Both the position numbers and the translations under genes were made by a program. A stretch of DNA of 64,000 nt from an uncultured Planctomycetota bacterium (GTDB lineage: Bacteria > Planctomycetota > UBA1135 > UBA2386): assembly GCA_963823025.1 (NCBI GenBank), contig CAWGKH010000011.1, forward strand, positions 391,214 through 455,213, given 5' to 3'. Of this stretch, positions 43,045 through 55,615 are shown in pieces. Every line of letters begins with the position of its first letter. Positions within the stretch are counted from its first letter, which is position 1. The notes below the pieces were generated by a model. That model was not told the DNA's origin and did no database searches. It saw nothing but the letters and a program-made list of their open reading frames with translations.

Positions 43045-44090
43045 AGGGCCGAGTTCGCCTCGGCCACCCCCGAGTGAAAGTCCCGTCCGAGCGTCGCGTT
43101 CAGCGCGCCGCGCGAGCCTCGTCGCAGCAGGCGGTCCCAGTCGAGCGCGGGGCCGGGGTCGTCCTTGCGCGTCGTCACGTGCTCGTGGCCGAGCACACCC
43201 TCGAACTCGGCGAGCCCTTCCTTGGAGAGCGCGTGGTTCAAGACCTCGCCGTCGGGATCGCGCGGCACGTCGAGATGGATCTGCGGGAAGATCCGGCTGA
43301 GCGCCGCGGTGAGCTTGGCGAGCGCCTGCCACTGCTCCTTGGTGTAGTCGTACATCCAGTAGTGGTGGCCGTTGATCTCGCCATCGAAGAGTCCGGGGCG
43401 GTCCGGCCGCGCGACGAAGTCGGGCGTGCGGATCCCGGTCTCCTTCATCCAGGCCGGGAACACCACCCGCATGCGCCCGCTGTCGTCGCGTTGGTACCAC
43501 TTCTGGAGGGTCGGGTGGTCGGGCGCGGGGTAGGCGCCGATGTGCGCGATCTCGACGCCGATCGAATGGTCGTTGGCGACCCCGGCGTGCCAGGCGCGCT
43601 CCTTCAGGTCGAGCGTCTGGTAGATCGTGCCGTCCACGTCGAGCATGAAGTGGACCGACAGGTGCCGCTTGTCCTGCAGGATCTTGAAGCACTGCCGCGA
43701 CGTCCCGCAGACGTCGAAGTGGATCACGAATTGCGTGACCGTCTTCTGGAGGTCGGGCAGCGTCCAACCGTGGTCGGCGACGTCCTCGGCGACCGCTTCG
43801 TCGAGGTTCTTGCGCGCTCCGAAGTGGTCGAATCCGATCGGCTTGCCGTCGTCGTCGATCTCGGCGTCTTCGAACCTCGGATAGGGCGAGTAGGCGTCGT
43901 AGCCGCCCGGGTCGGTCCAGAGGATCACCGGCGTGCCGATGTCGAACAGCCGGCCGCAGACGACGATCTCGTCGCCCGTGCGTTCATGGACCTCGGTGCC
44001 CGGCGCCGCGCGGCACCCGACCAGCGTCACGGCGGCGGACAACAGGAGCGGGGCAGCGAGCAGGCGTCGCGAGGGAAGGCGCAGGCGCAT
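43045..44090 (-). CDS. N-acetylmuramoyl-L-alanine amidase (Amidase_2/PGRP domain) lipoprotein; 3' end uncertain
   Basis: The lipoprotein signal is MRLRLPSRRLLAAPLLLSAAVTLVGC. The Amidase_2 core is WHAGVANDHSIGVEIAHIG. The track ORF stays open through the pentapeptide gene in another frame, so a 3' frameshift or read-through is likely. Confidence 0.55.
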
Positions 44091-44226
44091 GCCCCGTTTC
44101 TAGCACGAACCGGACGGGATCTCGCGTCGGGAGTTCGACCGGCGTAGGAGCGTCGGCCCGGCTCGTTCGCGACAGACTCGCGCGCTGCGACGTCCACCAG
44201 GCCGGCTCCACCCGCACTCCTCCCCG

Positions 44227-45888
44227 ATGATCGACCGACTCCACCCACGGCTCTGCCCGACGTTCCTCGCCTCGCTCCTGGTCGCCGGTCTGGCGGCCCA
44301 GCAGACCACGGCTCCGGCCAGCTCCGATCGGCCCACGCCGATTCCCGACGGCGCGCCGGCGGCGATGGCGGAGATCGACCAGGCGGACCTGCGGGCGCTG
44401 GCGACGCATCTGGCGTCGGATGAGCTGCAGGGGCGTTACACCGGCACGCCAGGGCAGTTCGCCGCGGCGGACTTCGTGAAGAGCCGGTTCGAGGAGCTCG
44501 GGCTCGAGCCTCTCGGCGACGAGCAGAAGGACGGCAGTCGGAGCTATCTCCAGAGCTACCCGCTCGTGAAGACCCATCTCGATCCGCAGCAGACCGCGCT
44601 GCGATTCGGCGACGACGAGCTGACGCGCGGCTTCGGGGTGCTGCCGGGCGAGGAGGACTCGGTCGCGGCCGATGGCCACCTCGTCTACCTCGGCTACGGT
44701 CGGGCGGAGGACATCCCGGAGACTCTCGCCGACGGGGCGATCCCGCTCGTGCTGCTGCGGACCAGCAGCCACCCCGGCGTGCGCGTCGAGGCGCAGTTCA
44801 TGCTCGGGCTCGGCGTGCTCCGCAAGGCGAGCCAGATCGCACATCGGCTCGAGAAGGCAGGCGCTCCGGCGGTGCTGTTCGGCGTGATGCACGACGACTG
44901 CGGTCTCGGTGAGCTGCTGAACTATGTCGGGCTCCTTCCGGACAAGCCGAACATGCAGTTCGAGAAGGACCAGGGGATGGCCGCAATGGTGGGACGCATG
45001 GGCGCGAAGTTCCCGCTCGTGTTCCTGTGCTCGGCCGCGACGCAGAAGGCGTTGGCATCCGCCGGCTACGCGGTGGACGCGACCGGCAACGTGTCGATGA
45101 CCGGGCCGCCGCCCGCCGAGCCGCCGAAGGCGTCGGTGCACGTGTCGGTCGCCGTCGATCCCGATGCGCACGCCGTCAACGCCGTCGCGGTGCTCCGTGG
45201 CTCCGATCCCCACCTGAAGGAGCAGGCGGTCGTGTTCTCCGCGCACATGGATCACCTCGGCACGCGCTTCGACGGCGATGTCTTCAACGGCGCGGACGAC
45301 AACGGCTCGGGGACGTCGGCGCTGCTCGAGATCGCCGAGGCGTTCGCGAAGGGCGAGCGCCCGCGACGCTCGATCGTGTTCCTCTCGGTGTCGGGCGAGG
45401 AGCTCGGGCTGTGGGGCTCGGAGTGGTTCGCGCAGCATCCGACCTGGCCGCTCAGCGACATCGCGGCCGACGTCAACATCGACATGATCGGGCGGATCGC
45501 CGACCTCTCGGGCGAGCACGAGATCTCGATCACGCCGAGCTACCGTCACCCGAAGTACTCGTCGATCGCGCAGAACGCCGCGGAGCTCGCCGGGCGCTTC
45601 GGCATGGCGTTGACCGTCGGCGACAAGTACTACCAGCGCAGCGATCACTACAACTTCGCACGGCGGGGGGTGCCGGTGGTGTTCTTCTGTGATGGCGAGC
45701 ACGAGGACTACCACCAGGTCACCGACACCGCCGACAAGCTCGACTACGCCAAGATGGAGCGGGTCGCGCGGCTGGCGTACTGGACCGCCTGGGAGGTCGC
45801 GCAGGCCGACGAGCGGCCGGCGGAGATCGGCCGGCGGCAAGATTGGCTGCCGGAACCGGCTGCCGCCGGGGCCGGCCAGCGGCGGTGA
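44227..45888 (+). CDS. secreted M28-family aminopeptidase
   Basis: It has a signal peptide, HMDHLG, GADDNGSG and SGEELGLWGS zinc-ligand motifs, and an N-terminal PA-like region. Confidence 0.7.
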   Translation: MIDRLHPRLCPTFLASLLVAGLAAQQTTAPASSDRPTPIPDGAPAAMAEIDQADLRALATHLASDELQGRYTGTPGQFAAADFVKSRFEELGLEPLGDEQKDGSRSYLQSYPLVKTHLDPQQTALRFGDDELTRGFGVLPGEEDSVAADGHLVYLGYGRAEDIPETLADGAIPLVLLRTSSHPGVRVEAQFMLGLGVLRKASQIAHRLEKAGAPAVLFGVMHDDCGLGELLNYVGLLPDKPNMQFEKDQGMAAMVGRMGAKFPLVFLCSAATQKALASAGYAVDATGNVSMTGPPPAEPPKASVHVSVAVDPDAHAVNAVAVLRGSDPHLKEQAVVFSAHMDHLGTRFDGDVFNGADDNGSGTSALLEIAEAFAKGERPRRSIVFLSVSGEELGLWGSEWFAQHPTWPLSDIAADVNIDMIGRIADLSGEHEISITPSYRHPKYSSIAQNAAELAGRFGMALTVGDKYYQRSDHYNFARRGVPVVFFCDGEHEDYHQVTDTADKLDYAKMERVARLAYWTAWEVAQADERPAEIGRRQDWLPEPAAAGAGQRR

Positions 45889-45915
45889 GGCCGGGCACGG
45901 GCCCGGTGGGGCCGG
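45889..45915 (+). terminator. GC-rich hairpin (CCGGGC-ACGG-GCCCGG) immediately after the M28 peptidase stop
   Basis: The inverted repeat is read from the sequence. No U-tract follows, which is common in high-GC genomes. Confidence 0.35.
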
Positions 45916-45941
45916 CGATTTCGCCTTGCGCGACCGCCGGC

Positions 45942-45973
45942 ATCAGGATATCAAGATCCCGTGATATCCTGAT
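45942..45973. promoter_or_regulatory. perfect 11-nt inverted repeat (ATCAGGATATC-N10-GATATCCTGAT), candidate ArsR-family operator
   Basis: The repeat is read directly from the sequence. It ends 4 nt before the GTG start of the ArsR-methyltransferase gene. The 10-mer GATCCCGTGA is also directly repeated (45955-45964 and 45972-45981). Confidence 0.5.
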
Positions 45974-45976
45974 CCC

Positions 45977-46951
45977 GTGACCTCCGTCGACACCCTCCAC
46001 ACCACCCTGAAGCTCCTCTCCGACCCGACCCGCCTGCGCCTGCTCGCGCTGGTGGCCCGGGAGGAGCTGGCCGTGCAGGAACTCGTCGGGGTCACCGGCC
46101 TCGCCCAGAGCCGGGTCAGCAATCACCTGGCACTGCTGCGGCGCTCGGGCCTGGTCCGCGACCGGCGGGACGGGAGCTGGAGCTTCCATTCGCTGGTCGA
46201 GCCGGCTGCCGAGGGGCCGCTGACACCGGAGCTGTTCGACGCCGTGCTGCGGCCGTTCCTCGACAGCGACGCCGGTCGCGCCGACGCACAGGCGCTCGAG
46301 CGGGTGCGCGAGGCGCGCCGCGAGCGCAGCCGCCGCACGCACGACGCGCTCGCCGACCGGTGGGTGGAACTGGGGCAGGAGTTCCGCACCGGTGCGCTGC
46401 GCGCCGAGGCGCTGGGTGCGCTGGCGCCGCGTGAGCTGACGGTTGCCGACCTCGGCTGTGGTGCGGGATTCCTGACGAGCCACCTGGCCGAGCGATTCAC
46501 GCACGTGATCGCCGTCGACCACGCCGAGCGGATGATCGAGGCGGCACGGCGGCGCGTCGCGAGCGACCACGTCGAGTTCCGCCGCGGCGAGCTCGAGCGG
46601 TTGCCGCTCGAGGACCGCGAGGTCGACGCCGCGTTCGCGAACCTCGTCTGGCACCACGTCGCCGACATGGACGGCGCCGCGCGCGAGGTGTTCCGCATCC
46701 TCCGCCCGGGAGGCCGCGCCGTGATCACCGATCTGCTGCCACACGACGAGGACTGGATGCGCGAGTCGATGGGCGACCTGCGACTCGGCGTCGATTCCGG
46801 CGCGGTGGTGACCGCACTGCTGCGCGCCGGCTTCGCCGAAGTCGCCAGCGATCCGATCCACGACGGCTATCGCGTCGAAGCTCCCGACGGTCATTCGGCC
46901 GAGCTCCCGATGTTCCTCGTGCGTGCGAGACGCCCGATCGAGCACGCCTGA
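45977..46951 (+). CDS. ArsR/SmtB-family HTH regulator fused to a SAM-dependent methyltransferase domain
   Basis: The N-terminal winged HTH is [47 protein letters not shown]. The C-terminal domain has LGCGAGFL and [11 protein letters not shown] motifs. It starts at a GTG. Confidence 0.7.
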   Translation: MTSVDTLHTTLKLLSDPTRLRLLALVAREELAVQELVGVTGLAQSRVSNHLALLRRSGLVRDRRDGSWSFHSLVEPAAEGPLTPELFDAVLRPFLDSDAGRADAQALERVREARRERSRRTHDALADRWVELGQEFRTGALRAEALGALAPRELTVADLGCGAGFLTSHLAERFTHVIAVDHAERMIEAARRRVASDHVEFRRGELERLPLEDREVDAAFANLVWHHVADMDGAAREVFRILRPGGRAVITDLLPHDEDWMRESMGDLRLGVDSGAVVTALLRAGFAEVASDPIHDGYRVEAPDGHSAELPMFLVRARRPIEHA

Positions 46952-47013
46952 TCCACCGACACACGAATCCGATTCACTTTCCGACCAAGACCCCGAGGAG
47001 ACCGACGAGAACC

Positions 47014-48477
<1,464 letters not shown>

Positions 48478-48517
48478 TCCTCCGGACCCGCGGCGATCTC
48501 GCCGCGGGGCACGACTC

Positions 48518-50062
48518 GTGAGCTTTCGAGTCGAACAGCACCTCGACGCGCTGCGCGATCCCGCCTGCTTCGGCGGCATCGGCGCCGTCGAGGTGATCCA
48601 GACGCACATCTCGGTGGTGTGTCTCGCGGGCGACCGGGCCTTCAAGTTCAAGAAGGCCGTCGCGTTGCCGTTCGTCGACTTCTCGACACCGGCGCTCCGC
48701 GAGCACGCGTGCCGAGACGAACTGCGGCTCAACCGGCGACTGGCTCGCGACGTCTACCTCGCGGTCGAGCCGCTGCGCCGAACCGGGGACGGCGCCCTTC
48801 GCGTCGGCGACCGAGATGGCGAGGTGGTCGACTGGTGCGTCGTGATGGCGCGTCTGCCGCAGGAGCGCATGCTCGACCGGTTGCTCGCGGAGAACGCGGT
48901 CGGCGAGTCCGACGTCCGCCACATCGCGCGGATCGTCGCCGACTTCCACCGGCGGGTCGCTCAGGATGCCGGCGACGAGGTTCGTGAGGCGGGAAGTCCG
49001 GATCGCCTGATCCGGCAGATTCGGGCGAACTTCGCCGAGACCGAGCCGATGGTGGGGGCGTGCTTCGACACCGAGCTCCACGCGCGGACACGCCGTCGGG
49101 TCGAGGAAGCCATGCCGGAGCTCCGGCGCCGGCTCGCGGCGCGTGCAGCGGCCGGTCGCGTCGTCGAAGGCCACGGCGACCTCCACGCGCGCAACATCTG
49201 CCTCGTCGAGCCGCCGGCGATCTACGACTGCCTGGAGTTCCGTCTCGACTTCCGCGCCGGCGACGTTGCGACCGACATCGCGTTCCTCGTGATGGACCTC
49301 CGCTATCGCGGGCATCGCGAGCTCGCGGACGCGTTCGTCGCGGAATACGCGAAGGTCTCCGGTGACGACGAGCTACGGGCCGTGCTTCCGGAGTTGGTCC
49401 GCTACCGAGCGATGGTGCGCGCGAAGGTCGACGCGCTCGCGCACGCCGACACCGGGATCGGGGGCCGAGATCGCCAAGCCGCTCGGCGCGGGGCCCGGCG
49501 TCACCTCCGGCTCTGCGCTTGGACCTTCGTCGAAGCCCGTCCGCTGGTGGTCGTCGGCTGTGGTTTGCCGGCGAGCGGCAAGTCGACGGTTCTCGATGCC
49601 CTCGCGCGCGAAGCGGGCTGGCCGCGCATCTCGACCGACGCGACGCGCAAGGAGCTCGCCGGCGTCGCGGCGGACGAGCGGCTCGACCCGTCGTGCTACT
49701 TGCTGGAGTTCAGCGACCGCACGTACGACGAGGTGATACGACGGGTCGTCGCGGCGCCGGGATCCGCGATCGCCGACGGCAACTTCCCGACGGCCGCGCG
49801 CCGGCGGGCGATCGCCGAGGCCGCGCGTGCGGCGGGCCGGCGGGTCGCGATCGTCGAGGTGCGCGTGCCCGAGGCGGTGGCTCGCGACCGCCTGCGGCAG
49901 CGAGCGCACCGAGGCGGGAGCATCAGCGACGCCGACGAGTCGGTGTTCGATCGCCTGCGCAGCGGCTTCGTGCGGCCCGACGATGCGGTCGTGATCGACG
50001 GTGCGGCGCCGGTCGAGGACGCGCTCGACCGGCTCGCCGTTCGGCTACTCGAGATGCCGTAG
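48518..50062 (+). CDS. bifunctional aminoglycoside-phosphotransferase-like kinase / P-loop (AAA_33-like) kinase
   Basis: An N-terminal APH-like domain (HGDLHARNICL) is followed by a C-terminal Walker A (VVGCGLPASGKST). It starts at a GTG. Confidence 0.55.
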   Translation: MSFRVEQHLDALRDPACFGGIGAVEVIQTHISVVCLAGDRAFKFKKAVALPFVDFSTPALREHACRDELRLNRRLARDVYLAVEPLRRTGDGALRVGDRDGEVVDWCVVMARLPQERMLDRLLAENAVGESDVRHIARIVADFHRRVAQDAGDEVREAGSPDRLIRQIRANFAETEPMVGACFDTELHARTRRRVEEAMPELRRRLAARAAAGRVVEGHGDLHARNICLVEPPAIYDCLEFRLDFRAGDVATDIAFLVMDLRYRGHRELADAFVAEYAKVSGDDELRAVLPELVRYRAMVRAKVDALAHADTGIGGRDRQAARRGARRHLRLCAWTFVEARPLVVVGCGLPASGKSTVLDALAREAGWPRISTDATRKELAGVAADERLDPSCYLLEFSDRTYDEVIRRVVAAPGSAIADGNFPTAARRRAIAEAARAAGRRVAIVEVRVPEAVARDRLRQRAHRGGSISDADESVFDRLRSGFVRPDDAVVIDGAAPVEDALDRLAVRLLEMP

Positions 50063-50064
50063 CG

Positions 50065-50598
50065 TCAGACGCCGAACGTCGCCTGCCCGCCTTCGGTCGT
50101 GCCGATCGCCTGGAGGGTGCACGGCGGGATGATCCCACACTGCACGTACGGCATCAGGAACTGGAAGTAGATGCTGCCACCGACGAGCGACGGGAGATTC
50201 GGCACGTTGAACGGGAAGTCCGTCTGGAACGTGCCGGTGCTCGGATCGAACGCCGACGGAATGACGGCCAGGATCAGCGTCGGGTCCACGAGGACGACGC
50301 AGTTCGGCGCCTGCTGGGGCAGCGGCAGGACGGAGTTCCCGGCCGGGATCGACGTGGGGCCGAGGCTCGCGTAGAGGATCGGCGTCAACATCGCGGTGCT
50401 CGCGAGGGCGTCGCCACGGTAGACGACCGAGAACGTCTGACCGAGTTGCGGCAGACCTACGTGGTCGATCGTCGCCGGACGCGTCTGCACGGGCGTCGAG
50501 CACGAGGTTCCGTACACCGAAAACGTGGCGGTGGTCTGCGCGGGGATCGTGGCGACGGCGAGGCTCGCGGCGGCGAGCACGGGGATCAGACAACGCAT
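50065..50598 (-). CDS. small secreted hypothetical protein made essentially of the C-terminal domain shared with the endonuclease at 4521-5804
   Basis: The signal peptide is MRCLIPVLAAASLAVATIPAQT. The shared blocks pair as TFSVYGTSCS with SFATYGVGCG, GLPQLGQTFSVV with GQPLIGQSFVLAL, and the terminus GGQATFGV* with GGQMTFGRL*. Confidence 0.45.
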   Translation of the reverse strand: MRCLIPVLAAASLAVATIPAQTTATFSVYGTSCSTPVQTRPATIDHVGLPQLGQTFSVVYRGDALASTAMLTPILYASLGPTSIPAGNSVLPLPQQAPNCVVLVDPTLILAVIPSAFDPSTGTFQTDFPFNVPNLPSLVGGSIYFQFLMPYVQCGIIPPCTLQAIGTTEGGQATFGV

Positions 50599-50726
50599 CG
50601 AAGGAGCTCCAGGAGTTCGTGGGGGAGAGAAGTGGGTGACTGCCGGGTGCAGCCGGTACCGCCCTACACCTCGGGACGGTGCCGGTGCGCGTCGGTCGGA
50701 ATCTTTCCCGAGCGTACCGGCGGCGA

Positions 50727-50812
50727 TGCGGGGACCGGGACTCGAACCCGGACGGTGGTCACCCACCAGCGGATTTTAAGTCCGCTACGTCTGCCAGTTT
50801 CGTCATCCCCGC
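50727..50812 (-). tRNA. tRNA-Leu (anticodon TAA), long variable arm
   Basis: The reverse complement folds as acceptor GCGGGGA/TCCCCGC and an anticodon stem-loop GCGGA-CTTAAAA-TCCGC (anticodon UAA). It has an extended variable arm and a T-arm GGGTTCGAGTCCC. Ends are accurate to about 2 nt. Confidence 0.8.
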
Positions 50813-50933
50813 ACGGGCGGGCGATCATCGCCGACCGGTGGGATCGCGTCGACTCTCGCGGGCACGGCTGGCTCCGGGATCTCCGCGCCCATACCGTCGG
50901 CGCTTCGACGAGCGCACGACGGAGGCATTGCAG

Positions 50934-52340
<1,407 letters not shown>

Positions 52341-52356
52341 GCAGCGGTCGTGCGGC

Positions 52357-52540
52357 GGATCAGGTGCCGGCGACCGACTCCGAGCCGCCGGCCGTCGTCG
52401 TGTGCAGCTTGCCGGTGGCGGTCAACCAGGCGGCCTTCAGCACGACGAACGGCAGGTAGGCGACCACGACGAAGACGAGCGCTCCCGGGATCAGGACCGC
52501 CATCAGGAGCCAGAAGGCGAGGTTGCTGAGGATGCGTGCG
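52357..52540 (-). CDS. small hydrophobic hypothetical protein (61 aa, two predicted transmembrane segments)
   Basis: There is ORF evidence only. The hydrophobic stretches are LAFWLLMAVLIPGALVFVVVAYLPFVVL. Confidence 0.25.
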
Positions 52541-52629
52541 ACCATCGGGGCTCGAGCCGGAGGAGTATAGGCCGTGACCGGCGACCGCGCCGCCCCACTC
52601 GGTTAGGCTTGTCGAGGTCCGGAGAACGC

Positions 52630-53199
52630 ATGCCCGACCCACAGAAGCGCGCGCTGGTCCTGATCGCCGACGGCACCGAGGAGATCGAGTTCACGATCGT
52701 CGTGGACGTCCTGCGCCGGGCCGGCGTCGAGGTCGTGGCTGCGGGCCTCGAAGGCGTCGATCCGGTGGTGTGCAGCCGGGGCGTGGGCATCGTCCCCGAA
52801 GCGGCCTTCGCCGAAGTGTCCGCGCAGTCGTTCGACCTGCTCGTCCTTCCCGGTGGTGGCGATGGCGCGCGACGCTTTCGGGAGTCCAAGGCGCTCGGCG
52901 ATCTGCTGCGCACGCGCGAGAAGTCCGATCTCCCGGTCGCCGCGATCTGCGCCGCCCCGTCGGCGTTGGCCGCGCACGGCGTCGCGGCCGGCCGTCGCAT
53001 GACCGCGCACGCTTCGGTCAAGGAGCAGGTCGCGGCCCACGGCCAGTGGAGCGACGATCCGGTCGTCGAGGACGGCAGCTGGATCACCAGCCAGGGCCCC
53101 GGCACGGCATTCCCGTTCGCATTCGCCCTCGTCGCCCGTCTCTCTGGCGAGGCGAAGGTGGCGGAGGTGCGCACCCCGATGCAGTTTCCGGGAGGCTGA
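52630..53199 (+). CDS. DJ-1/PfpI family protein
   Basis: It has the nucleophile-elbow AICAAP motif and a DJ-1-like N-terminus ALVLIADGTEEIEFTIVVDVLRRAG. Confidence 0.7.
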   Translation: MPDPQKRALVLIADGTEEIEFTIVVDVLRRAGVEVVAAGLEGVDPVVCSRGVGIVPEAAFAEVSAQSFDLLVLPGGGDGARRFRESKALGDLLRTREKSDLPVAAICAAPSALAAHGVAAGRRMTAHASVKEQVAAHGQWSDDPVVEDGSWITSQGPGTAFPFAFALVARLSGEAKVAEVRTPMQFPGG

Positions 53200-53204
53200 G
53201 CAGC

Positions 53205-53239
53205 GCCCGGGGCCGCTGATTCGACGCTGAGGCCCCGGC
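53205..53239. terminator. GC-rich hairpin (GCCCGGGGCC ... GGCCCCGGC) between the DJ-1 stop and the tRNA-Cys 3' end; possible bidirectional terminator
   Basis: The inverted repeat is read from the sequence. It sits downstream of both convergent genes. Confidence 0.35.
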
Positions 53240-53328
53240 GAGAGGGAAGCGGCCCCCTGCCCCGGGGCACACCCGCTGCAGGTGGGGATGCCCGTTCCGT
53301 TGAGGCGGCAGGCAGCGCCGAGCGAGAA

Positions 53329-53398
53329 GGTGACGGCGGGATTCGAACCCGCGTTCACGGATTTGCAATCCGTTGCCTAACCACTTGGCTACGTCACC
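53329..53398 (-). tRNA. tRNA-Cys (anticodon GCA)
   Basis: The reverse complement gives acceptor GGTGACG/CGTCACC and an anticodon stem-loop ACGGA-TTGCAAA-TCCGT. The T-arm is GGGTTCGAATCCC and the discriminator is U. Ends are accurate to about 2 nt. Confidence 0.8.
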
Positions 53399-53560
53399 GT
53401 GCGGCGGGAGAAGCTAGTCGGGCGTGCGGACCGGTGCAAGCGGTCGTGGGCGGGGAGGGCGCCTTGCCAGGGCGCGCTCGGAAAAATCCGTCGGCGCGGA
53501 TTTCGCCGCCGGCACTGGCACGTCGCGTGGTGGTCCGGCATCCTCCGGGACATCCACGCA

Positions 53561-53803
53561 ATGCCGACCCAGAAGCGCAACATCCACTTCGAATTCTCGC
53601 AGGAGCTGGTCAAGCAGCCGCTGCTCTACCAGCTGAACCGCAAGTTCGACGTGGTGATCAACATCCGCGGCGCGTCGGTCACCGACGAGGGTGGCTTCAT
53701 GGCCCTCGAGCTCGAAGGGGACGTCGAGGAGATCGAGCGGGTGATGAACTTCCTGCGCGATCAAGGCGTCGAGGTCGGCGAGGGTCTCGGCAGCGGGAGC
53801 TGA
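53561..53803 (+). CDS. stand-alone NIL (MetN C-terminal-like, ferredoxin-fold) domain protein
   Basis: 80 aa. The motif VVINIRGASVTDEGGFMALELEGDVEEIERVMNFLRDQGVEVGEGLG matches the NIL-domain consensus. Its stop is 2 nt before the ggt start. Confidence 0.5.
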   Translation: MPTQKRNIHFEFSQELVKQPLLYQLNRKFDVVINIRGASVTDEGGFMALELEGDVEEIERVMNFLRDQGVEVGEGLGSGS

Positions 53804-53805
53804 CG

Positions 53806-55512
53806 ATGGCCGGTCCGGCTGCGGTCCTGGCGTGTGCGCTGCTGACGCTGCTCACCGCGACACGGACCGGTGCGCCGGCCCGTCCGCTCCCGAACGACTC
53901 CGTCGCGCAGGGTCGGTCGGGCTGCGTGGTCGCCGCGGAGCCGCGCGCCGCGGCGATCGGACTCGACGTGTTGAAGGCCGGCGGCAACGCCGTCGATGCG
54001 GCGGTCGCCACGGCCCTCGCTCTGGCTGTGACGCACCCCGAAGCGGGCAACCTCGGCGGCGGTGGCTTCATGATCGTCCGGATGGCCGACGGCCGCACCG
54101 CGGCGATCGACTTTCGCGAGCGGGCCCCGTCCAAGGCCGATCGCGACATGTATCTCGACGCGCACGGCGACGTCGACCATGACCGTTCCCAGTGGGGAGC
54201 ACTCGCCGGGGGCGTGCCCGGCAGTCCTGGCGGCCTGGCGTTGGCACTGGACCGATTCGGCTCCATGCCGCTCGCCGAGGTGGCGGCGCCTGCGATCCTG
54301 CTCGCTCGCGACGGCTTCGAAGTCGGTCCGTTCCTCGCGCGTGACCTCGATGCGACCCGATCTCGCTTCGCCCGCTTCCCGAGCTCGCAGGCGGTGTTCT
54401 GGCGTGACGGTCGACCGCTCCGCGAGGGGGAACGCCTCGTCCAGACCGATCTCGCCGGCACCCTGGCGCGCTTCGCCGCCGGCGGCTTCGACGGCTTCTA
54501 CCGAGGCGAGACCGCGAAGCGCTTCGCCGCGGCCATCCAGGCCGCGGGCGGCGTGACCACCGAAGACGATCTCGCTGCATACGAGCCGAAGCTCCGCGAC
54601 GTGCTGCGCGGCACCTATCGCGGCTACGAGATCCTCGCGATGCCGCCGCCATCGTCGGGAGGTGTCGCGCTCCTCGAGATGCTCAACGTGCTCGAGGCCT
54701 ACGACCTCGGCGCCGCGGGCTTCGGCAGCGCGCGGACGTTGCACTGGACGATCGAAGCGATGCGACGCGCCTACGCGGATCGCGCGCGCTGGCTCGGAGA
54801 TCCCGACCACTGGCAGGTGCCCGTCGCGGGTCTCGTCTCGAAGGACTACGCGACGAAGTTGCGCGCGACGATCGACCCCGACAAGGTCGTTCCCGTCGAG
54901 CCGGGTCGACCGCCAGGCGCCAAGGAGAGCGACGACACCACCCACTTCTCCATCGTGGACGCGGACGGCAACGCGGTGTCCTGCACGACGACGATCAACT
55001 CCACGTTCGGTTCGGGGCTCGTCGTCGACGGGCTCGGCTTCCTGCTGAACAACGAGATGGACGATTTCTCGGCGAAGCCGGGCGTGCCGAACCAGTTCGG
55101 CCTCGTCGGCGGCGAGGCGAACGCCATCCAGCCCGGCAAGCGCCCGTTGTCGTCGATGACTCCGATCATCGTCGAGAAGGACGGCAAGCTGCGGTTCGTG
55201 CTGGGTAGCCCCGGCGGGGGTCGGATCATCAACACCGTGCTGCAGGTGCTGCTCGACGTCGTCGACCACGGCATGCCGCTCGAGGACGCGGTTCGCGCGC
55301 CCCGCATCCACCAGCAGTGGAAGCCCGAAACGACCTTCTGGGAGCGCACCGCGATCAGCCCGGACACCCGTGCGATCCTCGAGTCGATGGGGCACACCTT
55401 CGCCAAGCGCCCCCGCCACATCGGGCGGTGCCAGGCGGTGGAGGTGCGTGCGGACGGGCTCCGGATCGGGGTCTCCGATCCCCGGTCCGGCGGTGCCGCC
55501 GTCGCCTACTGA
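53806..55512 (+). CDS. ggt: gamma-glutamyltranspeptidase
   Basis: It has a signal peptide, an autoprocessing-site threonine in TTHFSIVDADGNAVS, and a GSPGGGRII motif. The length is 568 aa. Confidence 0.85.
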   Translation: MAGPAAVLACALLTLLTATRTGAPARPLPNDSVAQGRSGCVVAAEPRAAAIGLDVLKAGGNAVDAAVATALALAVTHPEAGNLGGGGFMIVRMADGRTAAIDFRERAPSKADRDMYLDAHGDVDHDRSQWGALAGGVPGSPGGLALALDRFGSMPLAEVAAPAILLARDGFEVGPFLARDLDATRSRFARFPSSQAVFWRDGRPLREGERLVQTDLAGTLARFAAGGFDGFYRGETAKRFAAAIQAAGGVTTEDDLAAYEPKLRDVLRGTYRGYEILAMPPPSSGGVALLEMLNVLEAYDLGAAGFGSARTLHWTIEAMRRAYADRARWLGDPDHWQVPVAGLVSKDYATKLRATIDPDKVVPVEPGRPPGAKESDDTTHFSIVDADGNAVSCTTTINSTFGSGLVVDGLGFLLNNEMDDFSAKPGVPNQFGLVGGEANAIQPGKRPLSSMTPIIVEKDGKLRFVLGSPGGGRIINTVLQVLLDVVDHGMPLEDAVRAPRIHQQWKPETTFWERTAISPDTRAILESMGHTFAKRPRHIGRCQAVEVRADGLRIGVSDPRSGGAAVAY

Positions 55513-55615
55513 CGCCGGGCGCGTCCCCGGCCAGCGGCCGTGGTCCCGACGTGCGGCCGCACGGGAGCTTCAGCGCGGTCCGCCATCCGGTCGAACGAGG
55601 AGGGGGACATCGGCG

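Noticed and set aside
43984-45840. Minus-strand ORF of 618 aa
   Set aside because: It is antisense to the M28 peptidase gene, whose zinc-ligand motifs are present on the plus strand.
46952-47013. SAH riboswitch upstream of ahcY
   Set aside because: The intergenic space is only 62 nt and lacks the conserved SAH-element core. The 88-nt region upstream of the ArsR-MTase gene is occupied by a terminator hairpin and a palindromic operator instead.
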